Shown one piece after another: positions 29,535-36,830 of a stretch of 44,793 bases of DNA. This DNA is from Deltaproteobacteria bacterium. GTDB taxonomy: Bacteria; Myxococcota; JACRCW01; JAFGSX01. The position numbers and the translations under genes are program-made. Position 1 is the first letter of the stretch; every line of letters begins with the position of its first letter. The notes under the pieces were generated by a model that saw nothing but the letters and a program-made list of their open reading frames with translations, had not been told where the DNA came from and did no database searches. The stretch covers positions 1 through 44,793 of the forward strand of contig JAFGSX010000266.1 of the NCBI GenBank assembly GCA_016934455.1, written 5' to 3'.

Positions 29535-30793
29535 TGGCATGCCGTCTCCCACGCGCCGAGGGAGACCGTCGGTTCGGGCACGACCAGCTTGCGCAACTTG
29601 ACGTTGTCGAACATGGCAGCGCTTTGAAACGTTACCAGGCCCGCCTGGGTGTCGCCGACCGCGAGGTTGCTGCCGTCGATCGTCAAGCCGTCGTCGAGAG
29701 TGGCGCTGACGTCGCTGCCGGTGAACCAAGCTGCAAGATGGTACCAACGCTGAAAGTGGACTGTGGTTTGAGTCGAGGCAACGACTCCTGCCGGATTGCC
29801 GTTGACGATGTGGCCGATCCGAAAAAGGTCTTCTTCTGACCACAGCGCCACGTTGTAGTAGGTGGCGCCGTAATCGGGCAGGCCGCTGGCTCGGATAAGC
29901 AATCCGGCCAGGGCGCTCTGTTCGCTAGCAGCCAGCAGCGCCACGTCTGCCTCCAGCATGCCGTCGGCGACCGCCGTGTCGGCGATCTGGCCGTAGCACG
30001 CATTGATATTTCCGGCGCGCAAGACGCGGCCGTGAGCTTCTGATTGGACGATCTGCCAGGCGCCTGATGGCCCGGTATCGAATTGCGGGTGGCCATTACT
30101 GTCTATGGCATGCCCTTCAAAATCATCGAAGAACCGGTAGACGTTGTGAAGATCGGTGGGCGCCGCGGTCGAACTGACCGAACCGACGTACAGGTAGTAA
30201 TCGTCGCTGCCGCCCGGGTAGCTCTCTGATGGCTGCAGCCGGAACCTCAACGCGATCCGGTCCGAGCCGAGGGCGATCAGCTCGCGATCGATCTCGGTCG
30301 CATTGCCCTCCAGCCACACGATACGCAGGTCGTCACCGTTCGGCATCAACGACCGCAGGAATAGATCGCTGGCCGCGGCTTCACGCAGGTCGAGCTCGAG
30401 CGTGTATTCGGCGGGTGCCGCCGAGATGATCAGCGGTGCGCGATAGGCAAACGCCGTGTCCCACCACGCCGGGTCGGGCGGAGCACAGGTATCCGCGACC
30501 GCGCCGTCAGTCGAAGTGCGATCGACCGGATTCGCGTCGGGACGGGCTCTATCGATTGCACCGGCGTCGACCAGGGCCTGGCAGAACCCGCTGCGACACT
30601 CCTCGGTGCCGCGGCAATCGACGTTGGAATTGCAGGCGAGGCGGCAGCGCTGCTCGATGCAGATCTCGTCCGGCCGGCAGTCGTTGCTCGACAAACAGGT
30701 GCCGCCTGGCGGCGGCTGGCAGGCGGTCAGCAATCCCGCGGCCGCGAGCGCGCTGCAAAACACCGACCAGGCGGCACGGCGCATCGCTCTCAT
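29531..30793 (-). CDS. Cys-rich lipoprotein with DUF2341-like and ConA/DUF1080-like domains (paralogue B)
   Basis: ATG 30793 overlaps upstream stop; lipobox LTAC; 8-Cys module; WW..F.YR, GDDLRIVW, YYLY, FFDDFE, WYHL, FDNV. Confidence 0.8.
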   Translation of the reverse strand: MRAMRRAAWSVFCSALAAAGLLTACQPPPGGTCLSSNDCRPDEICIEQRCRLACNSNVDCRGTEECRSGFCQALVDAGAIDRARPDANPVDRTSTDGAVADTCAPPDPAWWDTAFAYRAPLIISAAPAEYTLELDLREAAASDLFLRSLMPNGDDLRIVWLEGNATEIDRELIALGSDRIALRFRLQPSESYPGGSDDYYLYVGSVSSTAAPTDLHNVYRFFDDFEGHAIDSNGHPQFDTGPSGAWQIVQSEAHGRVLRAGNINACYGQIADTAVADGMLEADVALLAASEQSALAGLLIRASGLPDYGATYYNVALWSEEDLFRIGHIVNGNPAGVVASTQTTVHFQRWYHLAAWFTGSDVSATLDDGLTIDGSNLAVGDTQAGLVTFQSAAMFDNVKLRKLVVPEPTVSLGAWETACQ

Positions 30794-32199
30794 TGGCACC
30801 GCTCCTGCCACGCACCGAGCGCGACGGAGGGCTCGGGGTCCACCAGCATGCGCGCCATGACGTCGTCGACGGACACGTCGCTGAAAAAGCCGTTGATGCC
30901 GATCTCGCCGCACCCATTTTCTGCATGCAAATAGGTGGTCGAAGCCGTCCCGGAGACAGCGTTCAGCTTTGTGCCGACGGCGTGGCTGCGCAGCCGGTAC
31001 CACTGCTGTAAATTGATTTCGAGAGAGGTCGTCTCCAAAAAGCCTTGCCAGGCGCCATTGACGGTATGGCCGATACCCAGCCGGTTGCTAGCGTGTTGCA
31101 GCGTTGTTGAGTAATACGTAGCGTTGCCCAACAGGTTGCAGCCGCGAATCGAAAAATTGACACCGGCGATCGAGTTGTATGCGCTGTTGAATTTGACCCA
31201 CATCTCGAGCTGAACGTCGGTGAGCGTCAGTCCCGCCATCCTGATCGGGTTGCCGTCGTCGGCCGCGATGGTCAACACGTGGTTGCCGGAGCCCTCGACC
31301 TCCACCCGCCAGTGGGAGAGCGTCGCGGTGACAAACGCCGGGCTGCCGTCGCTGCCGACCGCCATTCCCTCGAAGTCCTCGAAAAAGAGGTAGACGTTTT
31401 TGCGGTTGTCCGCAGGCGAGTTGCCCGTGCTGGCGCCCGCTCCGACGTATAAAAAATAGCTTTCGCTGCCACCGGCATGGCCGCCGGGCTCCTGCAGGCG
31501 AAAATGAAGAGTCACCCGCGTGGCGCTGAACGCGAGCAGCGCGCGGTCGATCTCGCGGTTGGACGCGCCATCCCACCAGACGACGCGCAGATCGTCACCC
31601 GTGCCGAGCGAGCTCGGATCGAAGCGCGCCGCCTCGCTGTCGCTGGCGTCGAGCGCGAGCGTGTAGCTGGCGGGGGTGGCGCTGATCGCGATCTGCGCTC
31701 GCCACGGGTAGTTGTCGTTCCACCAGGGAGGCCCTGTCGGCGCGGCGCACGCATCGCCGCTGCCGGCATCGCTTTCACCGGCATCGCCATCGCCGGCATC
31801 GCCATCGCCGGCATCGCTTTCGCCCGAGTCGGATCCGGCATCGGCCGGACGGTCGGGCGTCATTCGATCGCCGGCGGCGGTGTCGGCGGGCTCGCCATCG
31901 CGCTGCAGCCAGTCCATCGCGGCCGCGTCAAGGCGCGGGGCATCGACCGGCTCCGCGTCGGGCCGGGCGCCGTCGATCGCACCGGCGTCGACTCGGGCCT
32001 GGCAGTAGCCGTCCAGGCAGATCTCGCCGACGCGGCACTGCTGGACCGAGTTGCAGGCGGTGCGGCAGAGCCCGGCGACGCAGATCTCGCCCTCGCGGCA
32101 GTCGCTCGACGTGGTGCAGACCGCGCTCGGCGGCCTCGGGCAGGAGGTCAGCGCAAAAAAAACGGCAAGCGCGGTACCGCCTGGGAGCAACCTCGACAT
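30790..32199 (-). CDS. Cys-rich lipoprotein with DUF2341-like and ConA/DUF1080-like domains (paralogue A)
   Basis: Lipobox LTSC; 8-Cys module; DAG linker; WWNDNYPWR, GDDLRVVW, FFEDFE, WYRL, VDDV; colinear with 29531-30793. Confidence 0.82.
   Translation of the reverse strand: MSRLLPGGTALAVFFALTSCPRPPSAVCTTSSDCREGEICVAGLCRTACNSVQQCRVGEICLDGYCQARVDAGAIDGARPDAEPVDAPRLDAAAMDWLQRDGEPADTAAGDRMTPDRPADAGSDSGESDAGDGDAGDGDAGESDAGSGDACAAPTGPPWWNDNYPWRAQIAISATPASYTLALDASDSEAARFDPSSLGTGDDLRVVWWDGASNREIDRALLAFSATRVTLHFRLQEPGGHAGGSESYFLYVGAGASTGNSPADNRKNVYLFFEDFEGMAVGSDGSPAFVTATLSHWRVEVEGSGNHVLTIAADDGNPIRMAGLTLTDVQLEMWVKFNSAYNSIAGVNFSIRGCNLLGNATYYSTTLQHASNRLGIGHTVNGAWQGFLETTSLEINLQQWYRLRSHAVGTKLNAVSGTASTTYLHAENGCGEIGINGFFSDVSVDDVMARMLVDPEPSVALGAWQERCQ
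31763..31822. repeat. 15-bp imperfect tandem repeat x4 (encodes ESDAG/DGDAG)
   Basis: ccggcatcgctttca, ccggcatcgccatcg x2, ccggcatcgctttcg. Confidence 0.8.
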
Positions 32200-32286
32200 G
32201 GCAATCCCCGTGGCCGGGATCGTAGCACAAGCCGGACCTGAGTGGTGCGGGTAGCCGGGCTCCCGTCCCCCCAGGGTCGTGGCGGT

Positions 32287-33414
32287 TCAGGGCTCTGCAA
32301 ACGGATCGGTCGTCAGCTTCTTGCGCACCGAGCCCGCGCAGATACCGCCGCGCGTCCGGCCGCCGCAGAAGGGCTGGTCCAGCCAGGCGTCCTCGCCGGC
32401 GAAACCCAAGGCCGCGAGATCCTCCACCAGCGGCGCAGCGGGCTCGCCGGCGTTGACCACCGGCGGGAGCAGCTCAAAGGCCGAGGGGTCGGCCACGCCG
32501 TCCGGTGAGCAATCCTCATCGAAGCACGGAATGTCCGAGAATTCGCAGTCGGCGACGGAGACGTAGCTGGCGTGCTTGTCCTCGGAGGCGTAGACCAGCC
32601 AGCGCGGGCCGCTCTCGCCATCGACAAACTCCATCTCCTGCAGTTCGTCGCCCGCCAAGAGCCGGTTGTGATCGAGCGGCGCTCCGTCGTGCGCCGCCGT
32701 GAAGGCAGCGCTGACCACGACGTCGCCGGGCGCCGTCAGCGCGACCAGACGCAGGGCGACGCGCTCCGTGTCGCCGTTGTGGGCCGAGATGCCAAGGCAG
32801 CTTCCGTAGTCGCGCGAGTAGCCGATCACGATCAGGGCGCGGACCTCGAGCGGCGCCAACGACGTCGGATAGATGTGCCCGATAGCGGCCACGACCGCCG
32901 CGGGATCGCCGAGCAGATCCTCGCCCTCGTCGAGGCGGAGCCGGGGACGCAGCAGCTCGAGAGCCATTTCCTCCCAGGCGTCGACGAGATCGTCGCCATC
33001 CGCGTCGGCGCAGACCTCACCCAGCGATTCGGGGCAACCGTCCGTGCGCGCGGGGACGTTGCTGCTCAACGCCAGGCGGCCGTCCGCCGCCAGCGACGTG
33101 GCAGCGGTCGGCGCGAACGGCGGGCCGGCTTCTGGACCCGCATCCGCGCCGGAGTCCGTACCCGAATCGACACCGGTATCCGCGGCTGCGTCGCGACCTG
33201 CATCCCGGTCTCCGCTCTGGCCGGCATCCCGGTCTCCGCTCTGGCCTGCATCCCGATCTCCGCTCTGGCCTGCATCCCGGTCTCCGCTCTGGCCTGCGTC
33301 GTGGGCTGCGTCCGGATCGCCGGGCGGAGTCGCGGCGGTCTGCCCCGGGCAGCCGCCGATTCCCAGCAGCCAGAGCAGCCCCCACGCTGGCCAGGTGCGG
33401 TGCACGGTCGTCAC
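32287..33414 (-). CDS. Hypothetical lipoprotein (Vps62/NPP1-like motifs)
   Basis: GTG overlaps ATPase stop; lipobox IGGC; DAGQSGDR repeats; DADGDDLVD; AHNGDTE and VYASEDKHASY. Confidence 0.72.
   Translation of the reverse strand: MTTVHRTWPAWGLLWLLGIGGCPGQTAATPPGDPDAAHDAGQSGDRDAGQSGDRDAGQSGDRDAGQSGDRDAGRDAAADTGVDSGTDSGADAGPEAGPPFAPTAATSLAADGRLALSSNVPARTDGCPESLGEVCADADGDDLVDAWEEMALELLRPRLRLDEGEDLLGDPAAVVAAIGHIYPTSLAPLEVRALIVIGYSRDYGSCLGISAHNGDTERVALRLVALTAPGDVVVSAAFTAAHDGAPLDHNRLLAGDELQEMEFVDGESGPRWLVYASEDKHASYVSVADCEFSDIPCFDEDCSPDGVADPSAFELLPPVVNAGEPAAPLVEDLAALGFAGEDAWLDQPFCGGRTRGGICAGSVRKKLTTDPFAEP
33197..33300. repeat. 24-bp tandem repeat x4 plus partial (encodes DAGQSGDR)
   Basis: cc(t/g)gcatcccg(g/a)tctccgctctgg at 33197, 33221, 33245 and 33269. 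Confidence 0.92.
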
Positions 33415-35432
33415 TCCCGGGGCAGGATGCGCAGCACCTCGCTCGGCACGGTCAGCCCCTCGGACAGCAGAAACTGCGAGTAGCGCGCCAGCGAGACGAA
33501 CGAGCCGTCCTGAGCAGCCTGCCTGAGCTGGGAGGCGTTGGCCTCCTGCGCGATCGCGTCGCGCACCGCGGCCGACACCACCAGCAGCTCGAACACGCCG
33601 ACGCGCCCCTTGAACCCCTCGCCGTTGCAGGCCTTGCAGCCGGCGCCCTTGTACAGCCTGGCCGCCGGGTCGAGCGGCACTCCGGCGTGATCGAGATTCT
33701 GCCGGATCACGTCGCTGTACTGGGTCTCGACGCGGCAGCTCGGGCAGATGCGGCGCACCAGCCGCTGGTTGATCACTCCCAGCAGCGAGCCCGCCAGCAC
33801 GAACGGCTCGATCTGCATCTCGCGCAGCCGCATCACCGCGGCCACGGAGTCGTTGGTGTGAAACGAGGTCAGCACCAGGTGTCCGGTCAGCGCGGCCGAG
33901 CAGGCCAGCTTGGCGGTGGCCGCGTCGCGCGTCTCGCCGACCAGGATGATGTCCGGATCCTGGCGCAGGAAGGTGCGCATGACGTCGGTGAAACCGAGCC
34001 CGATGGCCTCGTTGACCTGCACCTGGGTGATGCCCGGCACGTCGTACTCGATCGGATCTTCGATGGTGCAGATCGCCAGCTCGGGGTTGAACCGCTCCTT
34101 GATCGCGGCGTACAGCGTGGTGGTCTTGCCCGATCCGGTCGGGCCGGTCACCAGCACCAGGCCGTTGGGGCGGTAGAAGAGCTTGCGCACCACCTGGCTC
34201 ACCTTTTCGGCGAGCACCAGGCTCTGCAGGTTTTGCTCGAGCGCGCTGCTGTCCAGGATGCGCAGCGTCACCTTCTCGCCGAACTTGGCGTTGACCGTGG
34301 CCACGCGCAGGTCAAAGCTCTTTTGCCCGAGGTCGAGCGAGATGCGGCCGTCCTGCGGCAGCCGGCGCTCGGCGATGTTGAGCGAGGCCAGCACCTTGAT
34401 GCGCGACAGCAGCGGCGCGTGCAGCGCGAACGGGATGGTGCCGTCGCGAAAGGCCAGGCGGCCGTCCACCCGGTAGCGCACCACCACCCGGTTGCGATCG
34501 GGCTCGATGTGGATGTCCGAGGCACCGCGCTCGATGGCCTCGATCAGGATGGCGTTGAACAGCTCGACCACGTCCTGGCCGGCAGCGCCCTGCTTCAGCC
34601 GGGCCTCGTCCTCGCCGCCGCCGACGCCGTGAAAGACGATCTGCCGCGACAGCGCCGCCAGGTTGAGGCGTTGGGTCTGGGTCGGCGCCGGCCGCTCGGC
34701 CGCCTGCGTCAGGTGCTTGGCGATGAACTGGTCGTAGTCTGTCTCGCTGACCGCCAGCAGCTTGATCTCGATGCCGCGCAGCACGCGGCGCAGGTCGTCG
34801 ACGCCCAGCCGGTTGGACGGATCCGGGGTAGCCACGGTGGCGATGTTGCCGGCCATAGTGATCGGGACCATGCGGTGGCGCTTGATCAGGGCCGGCGGCA
34901 CCAGCTCGAGCAGCGCCGGATCGAAGGCGATCTCGCGCAGGCTGCCGAACTCGATGCCCTGGGTCTGGTTGTGGTCCTCGAGCCGTCTGGCCAGCACCTG
35001 GGAGATGGTCAGCGCGACCTGCGGCGCGGCGTTGACCAGCTTGTAGAAGACGTCGCGCGACAGCACCAGGAGCTGGGTCTCCTCCAGCGCGCGCACGCTG
35101 GCCGACCTCTTTTCGCCGGTGACCAGCGCCATCTCGCCAAAGGCCTGGCCGCGGCCCAGCTTGGCCAGCTCGTAGGTCAGGCCGAGCGCCTTGTCGGCGG
35201 TGAAGACCGACACCATGCCGCCGACGATGAGGTACATGGCATCGCCGACGTCGCCCGCCTGAAAAAGCAGCTCGCCCGGCTTGAGCGCGCGCCTGGTGAG
35301 CTGCGCCTCGAGCTGTTTCTTGAGCTGGGGCGCGAGCGGCTGGAAGATCGCGATGCTGTCCAGGATGCTAGAACTCTCGAGGGCGCCGGTGACCACCGGC
35401 TGGGGGATGCGGACCGTGGGGACATTGCTCAT
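33411..35432 (-). CDS. Cyclic-nucleotide-binding domain fused to PilB/GspE-family secretion ATPase
   Basis: ATG 35432 with GAGGT RBS; cNMP cassette FGEMALVTGEKRSASV; T2SSE_N-like domain; ASDIHIEP, RLPQDG, GPTGSGKTTT, TIEDPIE, RQDPD..VGE, GHLV..SFH, CPSC...CKAC. Confidence 0.92.
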   Translation of the reverse strand: MSNVPTVRIPQPVVTGALESSSILDSIAIFQPLAPQLKKQLEAQLTRRALKPGELLFQAGDVGDAMYLIVGGMVSVFTADKALGLTYELAKLGRGQAFGEMALVTGEKRSASVRALEETQLLVLSRDVFYKLVNAAPQVALTISQVLARRLEDHNQTQGIEFGSLREIAFDPALLELVPPALIKRHRMVPITMAGNIATVATPDPSNRLGVDDLRRVLRGIEIKLLAVSETDYDQFIAKHLTQAAERPAPTQTQRLNLAALSRQIVFHGVGGGEDEARLKQGAAGQDVVELFNAILIEAIERGASDIHIEPDRNRVVVRYRVDGRLAFRDGTIPFALHAPLLSRIKVLASLNIAERRLPQDGRISLDLGQKSFDLRVATVNAKFGEKVTLRILDSSALEQNLQSLVLAEKVSQVVRKLFYRPNGLVLVTGPTGSGKTTTLYAAIKERFNPELAICTIEDPIEYDVPGITQVQVNEAIGLGFTDVMRTFLRQDPDIILVGETRDAATAKLACSAALTGHLVLTSFHTNDSVAAVMRLREMQIEPFVLAGSLLGVINQRLVRRICPSCRVETQYSDVIRQNLDHAGVPLDPAARLYKGAGCKACNGEGFKGRVGVFELLVVSAAVRDAIAQEANASQLRQAAQDGSFVSLARYSQFLLSEGLTVPSEVLRILPRE

Positions 35433-35559
35433 GGCGACCTCGGTGGGCGCCGTGGATCGATCAGGCGCCAAACAGCGCAAGAAATAGCGCAAATGCCGGC
35501 GTAACGAACCGGTTTTCTGCGGATCCCGGATCGGCGTCGGTCACCTGACCGAGGAGCGA

Positions 35560-35586
35560 GCAACTAATCGCCGTGAACGCCGATAT
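35560..35586 (+). promoter_or_regulatory. Possible sigma28 (FliA/WhiG)-type promoter
   Basis: GCCGATAT at 35579-35586 (consensus GCCGATAA); the -35 position (GCAA at 35560-35563) is a poor match to TAAA. Confidence 0.3.
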
Positions 35587-35664
35587 ATTGTCATGGTATA
35601 AGAGGGGCGCGCAGAGAGCCTCATCGGTGTCCTTCACGCGCTGGGGGACACAAAAGGAGTCGCG

Positions 35665-36774
35665 ATGATTAGCAGCAGCGGGATTGACGGGCGCGGCGGT
35701 CTCCAGATCACCCAGATGCTCACCTCCCTAGGCCTGCCCACAAACCTGGGCGACCTGATGGGGACGCGCGTCGGTTCAGCCCAGACCCAGTTGCAGATCT
35801 ACATGCGGACCATGGGCAACGTGGCCAACTTCACGCCCCAGCAGCTCGACTCGTTCTTCGGGCGCAACCTGGCAGCGTCGCAGTCGGTACCCGCGCCCTA
35901 CGATGTGCTTGCCCAGAATCGCCAGCTCTACGGGTCGACCTACTACTCGTCGTGGAGCTTTGCCAACGCCACATCTCAGGGCACGATGTTCGCCAGCAGC
36001 CTTCAGTACGCGATCAACTCGGATCCGCGCATGCAGCAGCGGCTCAACGCGGTGGCCGGCGGCACGGTGCTGGCCGATGGCCGAGCCGACGGCTTTGTCA
36101 CGGTGCAGCGCTACACGCCCTACACCAACGTGGCTCCCTACACCCCCGCGATCGCCTCCAACTCTACGTCCTCTGGCATCTACGGCTCGCTGGCCCAGCT
36201 CGAGAACAACATCCTCAACTTGGCCGGCAGCATGGTCAATGGTGGAGCCAATTCTCCCAACTGGACTCTCAGCAACCCCAGTACCCAGCAGCTCGCGGCC
36301 GGCATGGGCATGACCCCGCCGTTCGCATTCGAGGATCTGCTCTACCTGATGATGATGCAGTACGGGCAGAACAAGGAAAAAGACATCATCGGCAAGATGA
36401 ACGAGCTTTCGCAAAACGCTGGCCAGGGCACCCAGCCGACGTCGGGATATTATCCGAACTACGCCGGCACCGGGCAGGTCGGCAACGCCCCCTACGGTGG
36501 ACTGGTCGGCGGGCCGGTCGGCGGCACCTACGCTGTCTCGCCGCAGGCTTTGACCCAGTACATGGGCGCTCAGTCCGCTGCCTCGAGCGGCGCCACCGGC
36601 GCCACCGGCAGCACGAGCGGCGCCTTCGGCGATACCAGCACTTCGTCGGATACCCTCAAGCAGATGCAGCTTCAGAAGCTGATGGAAGATCTCAAGAAGA
36701 TGTACGAGATGCTGTCCAACGTGATGAAGTCGATGCACGACATGCAGATGACGGCCATCCGCAACCTGAAGTAG
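35665..36774 (+). CDS. Hypothetical protein with T3SS needle/filament-like C-terminal helix
   Basis: Strong RBS AAAAGGAG; no Sec signal; G/S/T/Q/N/Y/M-rich; ends MQLQKLMEDLKKMYEMLSNVMKSMHDMQMTAIRNLK. Confidence 0.78.
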   Translation: MISSSGIDGRGGLQITQMLTSLGLPTNLGDLMGTRVGSAQTQLQIYMRTMGNVANFTPQQLDSFFGRNLAASQSVPAPYDVLAQNRQLYGSTYYSSWSFANATSQGTMFASSLQYAINSDPRMQQRLNAVAGGTVLADGRADGFVTVQRYTPYTNVAPYTPAIASNSTSSGIYGSLAQLENNILNLAGSMVNGGANSPNWTLSNPSTQQLAAGMGMTPPFAFEDLLYLMMMQYGQNKEKDIIGKMNELSQNAGQGTQPTSGYYPNYAGTGQVGNAPYGGLVGGPVGGTYAVSPQALTQYMGAQSAASSGATGATGSTSGAFGDTSTSSDTLKQMQLQKLMEDLKKMYEMLSNVMKSMHDMQMTAIRNLK

Positions 36775-36797
36775 CGCGCCCGTCGATCCAGGACTGC

Positions 36798-36830
36798 AAG
36801 ACGCCGCTCGCGAGAGCGGCGTCTTTGTTA
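36798..36830. terminator. Intrinsic terminator between convergent genes
   Basis: Perfect 12-bp stem aagacgccgctc / gagcggcgtctt with GCGA tetraloop, followed by a T-rich tail on +. Confidence 0.85.

Noticed and set aside
29531-32199. Diversity-generating retroelement target/template pair
   Set aside because: No reverse transcriptase in the window, and differences between the paralogues are not restricted to adenines.
33197-33300. Possible CRISPR array
   Set aside because: Repeats are directly adjacent with no spacers, lie in frame within a CDS, and no cas genes are present.
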